DNA of 64,000 nt from Vulcanimicrobiota bacterium (GCA_963820825.1 CAWGBN010000006.1:224001-288000); one strand, 5' to 3'; positions 21,683 to 31,395 are shown, counted from the stretch's first letter. The notes: generated by a model from the sequence alone, not told the origin. A program made the numbers and translations.

Positions 21683-23202
21683 GAGGTGTCGCCACCTGCT
21701 CCATCACGGAGTCGAGGTTGAACGAAGCGGGTTTCTGACGTGGAGGGAACTTTTCGAAGTCCGCGATTTGCCCGGCGATTACGGCTTGCATTAGGTACAT
21801 CTGGGGCACGTGATTCACACACCAGTCCCAGTAGGTGTTCGAGTTGAAATCGGCTCGCTCGAATGGGTCTCTCCGCAGATTGACGATGTGCGGGACGCGC
21901 AGCTTCACGAACGGCTCGGCCCACTGCTGCATTTGATTCGCGCGTTGCAGGGCAAGGTTGAACTTATAGTCCCCGACCCGCACCGCGATGATGTCGCCGT
22001 CGTCGCTAAAGTAGACGATCGCCTCGCGGGGGCTCTCCTTCGATTCGCCGCTGAAATAGGGAATCATGTTGTAGCCGTCGAGGTGGACGTTGAACTTCTT
22101 GTCACCGACCTTGCAGCCGTCGAGCAGCTGCTGCGTGACATCGGGATTTCCGGCCGCCGCCAAAAGCGTCGGGAACATGTCGATGTGCGAGACGATCCCG
22201 TTGTAGACCGAGCCGGACTTGATCGTACCCGGCCAGCGCATGAAGCACGGAACGCGCCACCCGCCCTCCCAGTTCGAGTCTTTTTGCCCGCGGAACGGCG
22301 TGGAGGCGCCGTCGGGCCAGGTATCGTTCTCCGGACCGTTGTCGGTGGAGTACATCACGATGGTGTTGTCGGCGATACCCAGCTCGTCGAGCTTGTCGAG
22401 CATCATGCCGATCTGCTCGTCGTGCACGACCATCCGGTCGCTGTACGGATCCTGGCCGCTCTTGCCGAGATTCTTGTCTGCGACGTGCGTGCGGAAATGC
22501 ATCGCCGTTGAGTTATACCAAAGGAAGAACGGCTGATCGGCCTTGGCCTGCTTCTCCATCCAGTCGAGTGCCGCCGCAGTAATCTCTTCATCGACGGTCT
22601 CCATTCGTTTCTTCGTCAGCGGCCCGGTGTCGACGATGGTCTGCTTCCCCACGCGTCCCCAGCGCGGGTCGACCGTCGCGTCGTCCTTGTCGGTCGCCGT
22701 GCAATGCAGCACGCCGCGCGGCCCAAAGGCCGCAAGAAATTTCGGGATCCTTGGGATAGTCGGGGAGTTCGGGTTCTTCTTCGGCGTTGAGGTGATACAG
22801 GTTGCCGAAGAACTCATCGAAGCCGTGCACGGTCGGCAAGAACTCGTTGCGGTCGCCGAGATGGTTCTTTCCAAACTGGCCCGTTGCGTACCCGAGCGGC
22901 TTCAGCAACTCGGCGATGGTCGGGTCTTCCGGTTGCAGGCCGACGGTGGCGCCGGGCATGCCGACCTTCGTAAGACCGGTGCGGATCGGATTTTGGCCGG
23001 TGATGAAGCACGCGCGCCCCGCGGTGCAACTTTGCTGAGAGTAGTAGTCGGTAAACAAGCCGCCTTCGTTTGCGACGCGATCGATGTTCGGCGTCCGGTA
23101 TCCCATCATGCCGTTGCTAAACTTGCTGATGTTCCAGACGCCGATGTCGTCACCCCAGAGGATGAGAATATTGGGTTTCTTCGATGGCATTTTTTCGTGC
23201 AT
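21675..23202 (-). CDS. Arylsulfatase (Cys-type; indel near 22740)
   Basis: [27 protein letters not shown]; next frame [19 protein letters not shown]. Confidence 0.9.
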
Positions 23203-23292
23203 CTCCCGATTCTAAGCGTTTTCCGTCTGTGCGGAGGCGAGGGGGATACGTGGCATTCAGAATCGCGTAAAAATTCACCTGTGCAAAATCGC

Positions 23293-23316
23293 TCAGCTTA
23301 TATTAAGCTGATTTAA
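23293..23316. promoter_or_regulatory. Palindromic operator-like site between divergent sulfatase and FGE genes
   Basis: Perfect inverted repeat TCAGCTTA-TAT-TAAGCTGA (23293-23311) overlapping TTAAGCTGATTTAA. Confidence 0.5.
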
Positions 23317-23363
23317 CAGGGGTTTCTTGCGCCCGGGCGCGGGAGGGCTTAGGATATTCGGAC

Positions 23364-24275
23364 ATGACCGGTATTATGCGCGACGCGCTGGTTTCGATCG
23401 AAGGCGGAACCTTCCGCATGGGTTCCGACCGGTTCTATCCGGAGGAGGCTCCGGTGCGCGCCGTGCGCGTCGAGGCCTTCCGGATCGCGCCGTATACGGT
23501 TACGAATTCGGAGTTTTCGCGATTCGTCCGGCAGACCGGCTACGTGACGGTCGCGGAGCGCCCGCTCAATCCCGACGAATATCCGGGCGCGCCGCCCGAG
23601 AATCTCGTCCCGGGCTCGCTGGTCTTTCATTTGACCGCCGGACCGGTCGATCTGCGAGATTACTCGCAGTGGTGGTCGTGGGTTCCCGGTGCGTCCTGGA
23701 AGCATCCTTACGGCCCCGGCAGCTCGATCGATTCGAGACCCGACCATCCCGTCGTGCACGTCGCCTACGAGGATGCCGATACGTATGCGCGATGGGCCGG
23801 AATGCGTCTGCCGACCGAGGCCGAGTGGGAGTATGCCGCACGCGGCGGGTTAGACGGCAAGGATTTCATTTGGGGCGACGAGATCGAGCCGGGCGGAAAG
23901 CCGGCGGCAAATACGTGGCAAGGCGACTTTCCCTGGCGAAGCTCGGCGAAGCATGGCCCGAGCACGATGCCGGGCGGCCGATTTGCACCCAATGCGTTCG
24001 GCCTCTACGACATGGCCGGCAACGTTTGGGAGTGGACCTCGGATTGGTACCTGCGCGATCGCGGCGAAATCGAGTCGCCGTGCTGCTCGGGCGACGCGCG
24101 CGAACGCAGCTACGATCCGTGTCAGCCCGGCGTCCACATTCCGCGCAAAGTTCTCAAAGGCGGATCGTTCCTCTGCTCGCCGAGTTACTGCTTACGCTTC
24201 CGGCCGGCGGCACGTTCGCCGCAGATGATCGATACGGGCATGTCGCACATCGGCTTCCGATGTGCGAGCGACTGA
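23364..24275 (+). CDS. Formylglycine-generating enzyme (SUMF1/FGE)
   Basis: FRMGS, RLPTEAEWEYAARGG, LYDMAGNVWEW, catalytic KGGSFLCSPSYCLRFRPAAR. Confidence 0.93.
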   Translation: MTGIMRDALVSIEGGTFRMGSDRFYPEEAPVRAVRVEAFRIAPYTVTNSEFSRFVRQTGYVTVAERPLNPDEYPGAPPENLVPGSLVFHLTAGPVDLRDYSQWWSWVPGASWKHPYGPGSSIDSRPDHPVVHVAYEDADTYARWAGMRLPTEAEWEYAARGGLDGKDFIWGDEIEPGGKPAANTWQGDFPWRSSAKHGPSTMPGGRFAPNAFGLYDMAGNVWEWTSDWYLRDRGEIESPCCSGDARERSYDPCQPGVHIPRKVLKGGSFLCSPSYCLRFRPAARSPQMIDTGMSHIGFRCASD

Positions 24276-24299
24276 CGTAGCCCCAGGTAGTTCGCGGCA

Positions 24300-24746
24300 A
24301 TGCACGGTTGGGGGACGTGGAGTGCGAACTGGGCCTGGAGTCTGGCGCTCGTCGCGATCACGATCGCACTGCACGTTGCCGGCGTCGTCCTAATCGGAAA
24401 CGCGATCGAACGACGGCGAGTTCGCGTGCAACGCAGCACCGCGAGCATCATCCTCGCCATCGTCGGCGTCGCGCTCTGGCTGGCTCTCCTGCACGCGACC
24501 GAGTCGATGATCTGGGCGGTCGCATATTTGCGACTCGGCGCCTTCTCATCGCCGGCCGATGCGGTGCTGTACTCACTCGATTCGATGACGACGCGCGGTG
24601 CTTCGGGACTCGTCCCTTTCAGTGAATGGCGGATGATGGGGGCCGCGGAGGCCGGCGACGGAATGCTGCTCTTCGGAATCAGCACGGCGTTCGTGTTCTA
24701 CGTAATGATTCGGTTGTTGAAGCACGACTACCAGTTCCGTGTCTAG
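24300..24746 (+). CDS. Small ion-channel-like membrane protein (Ion_trans_2-like, degenerate filter)
   Basis: H..E..IWA..Y, pore-like segment YSLDSMTTRG, then WR..G..EA..G.LLFGIST. Confidence 0.6.
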   Translation: MHGWGTWSANWAWSLALVAITIALHVAGVVLIGNAIERRRVRVQRSTASIILAIVGVALWLALLHATESMIWAVAYLRLGAFSSPADAVLYSLDSMTTRGASGLVPFSEWRMMGAAEAGDGMLLFGISTAFVFYVMIRLLKHDYQFRV

Positions 24747-25030
24747 CCGCGCGCGCGCCGTCGTCGCAGCGGAGATTTAGCCGTGGCTTCGGGCCGGGGC
24801 TCGTTTCGGGCGCCTCCGCGAACGACCCGACGACGGTCGGTACGCGTGCCGTCGTCGGTGCGGCGACCGGTTTCGAACTCGCGTGGCTCGTCGTGCTGCT
24901 CCTGCCGATGCTCGCCGTCGTTCAGGCCATCGCCGCATCGGTCGCCGCGCTCGTCCGCCGCAACGTCGATCGTCGCGCTTTCGTCTTTTGGCTTCGTCGC
25001 GACGGCGCTTTGGTCGTTTCCTCGCTGGTA
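24747..25030 (+). pseudogene. Truncated NRAMP-family divalent metal transporter remnant
   Basis: GPGLVSGASANDPTTV...G.ELAWL....PML.VVQ matches the NRAMP N-terminus; no clear start and ends after ~70 aa. Confidence 0.55.
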
Positions 25031-25034
25031 GGCG

Positions 25035-25943
25035 TCAGAGGTTGAAGGTGTAGCCCAGCAGCGGTCCGCTCAAATCGAACTTTTGAACGTTCGAACCCGG
25101 TGGAAACGCGTTGTAATTGAGCGAGCGCCAGAGCGCGACGATCGTTTGACCGTGCGGGAACGCGTAGCCGCCTCCGCCGTAAGCCTCCCACGTCTGATTG
25201 GTCATGCCGGTGCCCCAATCGCCGTAGTAGGCGAGGTAGAACCGGTCGCTGAGATAGGCCTTTCCGCGAAGACCAAAGATCACGTCGTCGGTGTGATCGG
25301 AGCTCGTAATCGTTCCGGTCGGCGTGATGATGTTTTTCTTGGAGATGGTTGCATTATAATCGGCGGTCAGATGGATCGGAAAATCGCGAACCCCGATGAA
25401 GGCGCTCAGATCGGCGTTGTGGCCGTGCGCGATCGTGTATCCGGCGGCCAACTCCCAAATCGCCGTTGCGACGCGGGCAGAGGCGTTGAAGGTAACGGGA
25501 ATCTGGATGTGGCCCTTCGGTCCGGAGACCGTCGTGGCGATGGTCGCGGTCGTCGAAGAGTTCAGATAGATGCCGTCGCCAAAGAGATCGACGTCGCCCT
25601 TTCGCACGTCGAACGCCGCCATCACGGCCGTATTGAGCTTTGGAAGATAATCGCTCGGGCCGACCTGGACGTTGCCGCTGAGCAGGTGGTTGTGTCCTGC
25701 GCCATGGCCCGGCAGCCGAGGAATGGCGAACTGATAGTTGGCCTTTATCGTAGGCGCCCAAATATACGGGGCGAGCGTCACGTGGAGTTGACCGTCGTAC
25801 TGGCGGTCCATGAAGGTTGGCTGCGAAGTTGCCGCAGGCGCCGGTGATGCGGCCGGCGCTTCCTGGGCGCGAACACGTTGAGGCATGGTCGTTACTGCAA
25901 GGATGATGGCAGCGCAAGCGAGCGCTCGGGTCAACGAATGCAT
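25035..25943 (-). CDS. Secreted/outer-membrane beta-barrel-like protein
   Basis: Signal peptide (VRA-Q), amphipathic beta-strand pattern, C-terminal GPLLGYTFNL; AGGAG RBS. Confidence 0.65.
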   Translation of the reverse strand: MHSLTRALACAAIILAVTTMPQRVRAQEAPAASPAPAATSQPTFMDRQYDGQLHVTLAPYIWAPTIKANYQFAIPRLPGHGAGHNHLLSGNVQVGPSDYLPKLNTAVMAAFDVRKGDVDLFGDGIYLNSSTTATIATTVSGPKGHIQIPVTFNASARVATAIWELAAGYTIAHGHNADLSAFIGVRDFPIHLTADYNATISKKNIITPTGTITSSDHTDDVIFGLRGKAYLSDRFYLAYYGDWGTGMTNQTWEAYGGGGYAFPHGQTIVALWRSLNYNAFPPGSNVQKFDLSGPLLGYTFNL

Positions 25944-26042
25944 GGCGTTGTAGAATCTCCTCGTTTGGGCGTTTCCGGCGTTTACTTGCTCGCTCCATAG
26001 AAATCCCGCGGGCAGGCAACAGGTTCGACCGCAACCGGCATT

Positions 26043-26064
26043 ATTTTAGATTAAATCGGTTTAA
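26043..26064 (-). promoter_or_regulatory. Candidate -10 box (TAAAAT) with adjacent TTAA-N6-TTAA operator
   Basis: AT-rich patch; TTAAATCGGTTTAA is 12/14 identical to the reverse complement of 23303-23316. Confidence 0.4.
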
Positions 26065-26095
26065 GGCATCGGTGTGTTTTGGAAAGAAGCGGCGA

Positions 26096-26809
26096 CTATT
26101 GTCGCGAGTGCACCAATGGAGGATTCCTTAGAATCTCGTTCGCTCGCCGAAAGATCGTGTCGAACATCGGCACCGTCAGCTTGCCGGTATTGGTATTCTG
26201 CCGGCTGGGATGATACGAGGCGATCACCGCGACGTGCCGGCGGCCCTTCGCCGCGCTCAGCTCCGCGCCGTGTGCGAAGGCGATGCCGGAAGGCGTGACG
26301 ATGAAATCGCGCTCGCGCAACACCTTCAGGATCGCGCTGAAAGCAACCGCACCGAGCGCGACCATGACGCGAAGTCGCGCGAGCGCGTCGAACTCTTGCA
26401 CGAGATAGGGAAAGCAGTTACGCAGCTCCGCCGGCGTCGGCTTATTCTTCGGCGGCGCGCAGCGTACAGCGGCGGTGATGAGAGCGTCGTGCAGCCGTAG
26501 ACCGTCGTTGCGATCGACGGCCTTCGGCTGCGACGCGAATCCGGCGCGATAGAGCGCCGGATAGAGAAAATCTCCCGACGCGTCGCCGGTGAACGGCCGG
26601 CCGGTCCGATTGCTTCCGTGCGCTCCCGGGGCGAGACCGACGAGCATTACACGCGCGCGGGGATCGCCGAACGCGGGGACCGGCTTTCCCCAGTAGGTGC
26701 ATTCCCGGTGAGCGCGCTTACGCTCGCGCGCGACCGTCGCGGTATAGGCGCGCAGCTCGGGGCAACGTGCGCAGCGGACGACCGCCGCTTCGATCTGCTT
26801 TAGATCCAC
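26096..26809 (-). CDS. Uracil-DNA glycosylase, family 5 (UdgB-like, 4Fe-4S)
   Basis: C..CPEL, GLAPGAHGSNRTGRPFTGD, RCAPP.NKP, YHPSRQN. Confidence 0.9.
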   Translation of the reverse strand: MDLKQIEAAVVRCARCPELRAYTATVARERKRAHRECTYWGKPVPAFGDPRARVMLVGLAPGAHGSNRTGRPFTGDASGDFLYPALYRAGFASQPKAVDRNDGLRLHDALITAAVRCAPPKNKPTPAELRNCFPYLVQEFDALARLRVMVALGAVAFSAILKVLRERDFIVTPSGIAFAHGAELSAAKGRRHVAVIASYHPSRQNTNTGKLTVPMFDTIFRRANEILRNPPLVHSRQ

Positions 26810-27693
26810 TGCAGTACGTCGGCATACTCGATGCCGGCCGGCGCGACGACGTAGGCGACGCCTTCGTTTCGCTGCCAGATTCGCTCGATCGCCGAGCGTG
26901 GATAGACGACGCGCACCTTCGGCGCGGCCGGATCGTTGATCGCGCAATCGCCGTCGCGCGTGAATCCGCAGAGCACGACGAGGTGTCCGTCGGAGTGCTC
27001 GAGTGGTGCGCCGGGCAGCTCGCCGGCGCCCCAGGAGTACGAGATCGCGAGCGGCAGATTTCGCTCGATCAGGCGCTGCGCGTGGTCGAGGTTGCAGAGA
27101 TGAGCGACGACGGCGTGAAGGCCGAGTCTGCCGCTGTAGGCAACGTTGAACGTCCAATTGCCGGTGCCGTTGTAGGCTCGGTCGAAGACGCCGCGCGCCG
27201 TCTCGGCAACCGAATGGCCGATGCCGTGAAATGCATGGATCATCGAGAGGCTCGCCGGACTGCACCATCCCCGCTCGTTCCCCGCGCCTTCATATTGAGA
27301 ATGCGCCGGAACGTCGAGAACGAGCGCGTCGCGCGCGTACGGAAGCGACGGCCGCGCGCGCACCGGCGAAGAGAAAGCGACCAGCTCGAACTCGACCTCG
27401 CGTGCGCGCACTTCGATGCCGTCGAACGGTTGGCCGGCATGTATGACGTCGACGTCGACGCGGACGCCCTCGTGGTCGGGACTGAACGATTTTGCGCCGC
27501 CGGGCCGCCACTCCGTATGATCGAGCCAATCGCTCGCCGGCTGGTGCGCGCGGAGAAGACGAAAACGGAGATGGCCGCTCTCCGCATGCGTATTCCAGCT
27601 CAAGACGCCGCTGCGCGCCGGCTCGAAGAAGAGCGATGCCGACTCGCGCGCGCGCAGCGTCTGCGCGAAGGCGTTCAAATCTCCCATTGCCAT
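26800..27693 (-). CDS. Peptidase C39-like family protein
   Basis: SQ...WCSPASLSM (Cys), GNWTFN, GHLVV (His), NDPAA (Asp). Confidence 0.8.
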   Translation of the reverse strand: MAMGDLNAFAQTLRARESASLFFEPARSGVLSWNTHAESGHLRFRLLRAHQPASDWLDHTEWRPGGAKSFSPDHEGVRVDVDVIHAGQPFDGIEVRAREVEFELVAFSSPVRARPSLPYARDALVLDVPAHSQYEGAGNERGWCSPASLSMIHAFHGIGHSVAETARGVFDRAYNGTGNWTFNVAYSGRLGLHAVVAHLCNLDHAQRLIERNLPLAISYSWGAGELPGAPLEHSDGHLVVLCGFTRDGDCAINDPAAPKVRVVYPRSAIERIWQRNEGVAYVVAPAGIEYADVLQWI

Positions 27694-29300
27694 GCGTTCC
27701 AGCTATCGCCGATGAAGGCGGCGGGAACGTAGTTCTTAACGTCCTCGTTGATCGCGGTATAGTTGGTTCGCCAACTGAAGAAGACTGCCGGCACGACGTC
27801 GCGGATGCGCTCCTCTTCGCGCTGATAGAGCCGCTTGCGCCGAGCGACGTCGAACGTGCTCGCGGCCGCGGCGCTCGTGGCGTTGACGATCGGATCGTCT
27901 AGCCACGACGTATTCGCGCCGCGCGGCGGGATGAAGGCACCGTTCCAGTCGCCGGAGTTATCGGGATCGGGGCCGTTCGTCTCGATCGACCACTCGAGGT
28001 CGTACTTGCCCGTGTAGAGCGGGCCGTTCATCGCAAAGAGATAGCTCCCGGGATAATTCCGAACCGCGACGTCGATCCCGACGGCGCGCAGCATCGCCTG
28101 AATCATCACTTGCGACTCGGTATTCTCCTGGTGGCCGGTCGTTGCATAGATGTCGAGCTGCATCGCGGTCGCGCCTTTGTGGAGTATTCCGTCGGTGCCG
28201 AGCCGCCAACCGGCCTGTGCGAGCAGGCGGCGCGCATCGTTTGGATCGTACGCATACGGCGGCAGCGCCGGCGCCGCCCACGATTCGGGAAAGACGTCGG
28301 AGACCGCGAGGCGATCGACGCCGTGAAAGACCGTATCCTCGATGCGTTTCCAGTCGACGGCCTCGGCGATCGCACGCCGTACCCGCACGTCGCGGAGCTG
28401 CGGGCGGCTCACGTTGATGCCGAGATGACGCCAGTCCGCGATCAGGCGCCGATCGACTCTGATGCCGTCGATGCTTCCCAGACGTGCGATCGCATTCGGC
28501 GTAACGTTCGGGTAGACGTCGATTTCGTGCGCGAAGAGCTGGTTCACCAGCGTGTTGACGTCGGGAACGACCTTCCAAACGACCTCCTTGAGTCTCGGCG
28601 CGCCGCGAAAGTAGTGCGGATTCGGCGCGAAGACCAGCGACGAACCGCGATTCCACGCTTTGAGCAGATACGGTCCGCTCGCGAGCGGCCGCCCGTTGAA
28701 CTCAGCCGAATTGAGATTCGGCAGCGCGGCGAGCAGATGCGCTGGCATCGGTGGGTACCCGGCGCCACCCATCGCGAGGATGCCGAGCACCGCGACGTTC
28801 GGATGCTTGAGCCGGATCACGAGCGTGTACGGGTCGGGTGCGCTCGCCGAAGCGATCGCATCCCATCCGTAGCGCGTCTTCACGTTGTTCGTTGGATTCA
28901 TGACCGCGCGATAGGTAAAGATCCAATCGGCGGCGGTGAGCGCAATGCCGTCGGCCCAGACGACCCCGCGGCGGAGATGGACGACGATGCGCCGGCCGTC
29001 GGGGCTGATGCCGCCGTTGCGGGTGCTCGGAACCTCCGTCGCGAGATCGGGGACGTAGTTGCCGCGCGCGTCGTAGCGGAGAATAAACGAGAAGAGCAAG
29101 CCGGAAATCGTGTCGGCCGCCGCGGTATGCGAGAACATCAGGTTCAGGCTGTCGGGCTCTTCGTCTTCACCCAAACGCAGCACGCCGGGAACGGTCCAAG
29201 CGTTGCGTTCGCCGTTGGCGCGCGACGGCGTGGGACGCGCGCATCCTGCCGTACCGACGAGCAGCGCGAGCGCCGCGGCGGCCAAGCGCGATCGGTTCAA
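27675..29300 (-). CDS. Peptide ABC transporter substrate-binding lipoprotein (family 5)
   Basis: Lipobox TAGC, EPDSLN, PDLA..VP, SGPY, VRRAI; TTG start overlaps the upstream stop. Confidence 0.88.
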   Translation of the reverse strand: MNRSRLAAAALALLVGTAGCARPTPSRANGERNAWTVPGVLRLGEDEEPDSLNLMFSHTAAADTISGLLFSFILRYDARGNYVPDLATEVPSTRNGGISPDGRRIVVHLRRGVVWADGIALTAADWIFTYRAVMNPTNNVKTRYGWDAIASASAPDPYTLVIRLKHPNVAVLGILAMGGAGYPPMPAHLLAALPNLNSAEFNGRPLASGPYLLKAWNRGSSLVFAPNPHYFRGAPRLKEVVWKVVPDVNTLVNQLFAHEIDVYPNVTPNAIARLGSIDGIRVDRRLIADWRHLGINVSRPQLRDVRVRRAIAEAVDWKRIEDTVFHGVDRLAVSDVFPESWAAPALPPYAYDPNDARRLLAQAGWRLGTDGILHKGATAMQLDIYATTGHQENTESQVMIQAMLRAVGIDVAVRNYPGSYLFAMNGPLYTGKYDLEWSIETNGPDPDNSGDWNGAFIPPRGANTSWLDDPIVNATSAAAASTFDVARRKRLYQREEERIRDVVPAVFFSWRTNYTAINEDVKNYVPAAFIGDSWNAWQWEI

Positions 29301-30364
29301 ACCGACCCGGCCGTCCCGAGCGGCGGACGCTTGACGATACGCGGTGCGATCTCCGCATAAAAATCGTGCGGACCAAAACGGACGAGATCCGTCGCCGGAA
29401 GCCCGGTCTCTTCGCGCGCGCGCTCGATCTCCGCGCGCGCTTGCCCTTCGTCGAGACATTGCGTGTTGAGCGCGATGCCGATAACCTCCGCCGGCTTGAC
29501 GGTTGCGAGCAGCGCTTGGTGGATCGCGATGCACTCGCGGTACGAGAGCGTCGGCGTGGGGTAGGTCTCGATCTGCATGCGGCTGGGATCGCAGACCAAT
29601 ACGAGCGCGTCGGGTGCGGATCCGGTCATCAGCGCAAGCGTCACCGGGGCGTATGCGGGGTGGTTGATCGCGCCTTGTCCCTCGACGACGATGAGATCGG
29701 CGCCTTCGCGCGCCGCGTAGAGCACGAGCTGTTCGGCAGCGCCGGCGGCGAAATCGGCGATGACGCGATCGACCGAGATTCCCCAACCGGCGATCAGCAC
29801 GCCGGTCTGACCGGTCGGAACGAACCGCGCGGTTCTTCCGGCGGCGTTCGCCGCACGGACGAGCTCGAGCGAGACCGTCATCTTACCGACCGCGCAATCG
29901 TTGCCGACCGTCAAGAGGACGGGCGCGTGAACGCCGTATGCGTCGCCCGAGAAGAGCGGCACTTCGGGTGGCTCGCGTACGTCCCAAATCGTCGTTCCGG
30001 CGGCGCGCGCCGCGGCGCGGAACTCACGATCTTTATCGAGCAGTTCGTGCAATCCGCTGACGATCTCGAGTCTCGCCGCAATCGCTTCGAGCACGGCGTC
30101 GCGCCAGGCGAGCGGCAATCCGCCGCCCTTCGGTGCGGTCCCGATCAAGAGCGCAGTCGGCGAGAACTGCAGCGCTTCGGAAAGGCTGGCGACGATCGGT
30201 GCTTCGCTCTCTAGATACGGAAGCACGTCGCGCACCCGCCGTCCCGCGCCGGCCGGATCGATCACCACGACGACATCGTCGGCACCGTAACGAATAACGC
30301 CGTGCGCGGTCTTGGCGTCGGTCGCAAACCGGTCGAGAGCGAGGATCGCGTAGCGGCGCTTCAC
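29297..30364 (-). CDS. DUF1611 family protein (DgcN-like, P-loop)
   Basis: KTAHGVIRY, SGLH, GNDCAVGKMT, TGQTG, EGQG. Confidence 0.88.
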   Translation of the reverse strand: MKRRYAILALDRFATDAKTAHGVIRYGADDVVVVIDPAGAGRRVRDVLPYLESEAPIVASLSEALQFSPTALLIGTAPKGGGLPLAWRDAVLEAIAARLEIVSGLHELLDKDREFRAAARAAGTTIWDVREPPEVPLFSGDAYGVHAPVLLTVGNDCAVGKMTVSLELVRAANAAGRTARFVPTGQTGVLIAGWGISVDRVIADFAAGAAEQLVLYAAREGADLIVVEGQGAINHPAYAPVTLALMTGSAPDALVLVCDPSRMQIETYPTPTLSYRECIAIHQALLATVKPAEVIGIALNTQCLDEGQARAEIERAREETGLPATDLVRFGPHDFYAEIAPRIVKRPPLGTAGSV

Positions 30365-31395
30365 GCGAGCGCGGCTTCCCGCACGCCGAGCCCCGGAGCG
30401 TCGGGCAAGAGGAGCTTTCCGCCATCGTAGCCGACGCCGGCGAACGGATCGCGCGAGATCAGCAGCGGGCCGTCGATGTCGGCCCAATCGACGAGCGGTG
30501 AGAGATGCGCCGCCGCGGTCGCGGCGATCGCGCTCTCGACCATGCATCCGAGCATCACCTTCATTCCCATCGCGCGAGCGGTGTGGATCATCGCAAGCGC
30601 TCCGCGAATGCCGCCGGTCTTCGCCAGCTTGACGTTGACGCCGTCGACGCAGCCGGCCAGGGCGGGAAGATCGCTCGCAACGTGCGCGTCTTCATCGGCG
30701 ACGATCGGAATCGCAACGCGCTCGCGAATCGCGCGCAGCTCGTGCGGGCGACCGGCCGGAATCGGCTGCTCGCAGAGCTCGATCTCGTACCGCTCGAGAT
30801 CGCGCAGAATTGCGACGGCGCTCTCGACCTCCCAACCTTCGTTCGCATCGATGCGCAGCGCACCGCCGTACCGCGTGCGAATCGCGGCGATCGTCTCGAC
30901 CTGTTCGGCCGGCGTCCCGCGCCCGAGCTTGATTTTGAGAATCGGAAAGTCGCGCGCTTCCTCGAGCTTTTGCAACGTCGTCTCGGGATCGGCGATCCCG
31001 ATCGTGAACGACGTCGTTGCCGCCGCCGCCGGATCGAGGCCGAGCAGGGCGTAAAGCGGCTTGCCGAGCTCTTTTCCGATGAGATCGTGCAGCGCGAGGT
31101 CGAGCCCGGCTCGGGCCGCCGGCGGGATTCCGGAGTGCAGCAGCGCTTCGAGGCGGTACGGGTCGTTCGATGCGAGCGCGTGCGATTCGAAGTACGCAAC
31201 GACGCTCTCCACCGATTCACCGTATCGTTCGATCGGCGTCGCTTCGCCGATGCCTTCGCATTGCCGTCCGCGCACGCGGACGATCGCGGTCTGCGCTACG
31301 AGCTCCTCACCGCGCGCAATCGTAAAGGGATGATGGAGTGGGAGTTCGATCGGCGTAACGGAGAGTGAGAGCACGGTGCCCGCTTTCAACCGCAT
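30361..31395 (-). CDS. Dipeptide epimerase (L-Ala-D/L-Glu epimerase / DgcA-like, enolase superfamily)
   Basis: FTIARG, KIK, DANEGW, EQP, ADE, NVKLAKTGG, GCMVES, DIDG. Confidence 0.9.
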   Translation of the reverse strand: MRLKAGTVLSLSVTPIELPLHHPFTIARGEELVAQTAIVRVRGRQCEGIGEATPIERYGESVESVVAYFESHALASNDPYRLEALLHSGIPPAARAGLDLALHDLIGKELGKPLYALLGLDPAAAATTSFTIGIADPETTLQKLEEARDFPILKIKLGRGTPAEQVETIAAIRTRYGGALRIDANEGWEVESAVAILRDLERYEIELCEQPIPAGRPHELRAIRERVAIPIVADEDAHVASDLPALAGCVDGVNVKLAKTGGIRGALAMIHTARAMGMKVMLGCMVESAIAATAAAHLSPLVDWADIDGPLLISRDPFAGVGYDGGKLLLPDAPGLGVREAALA

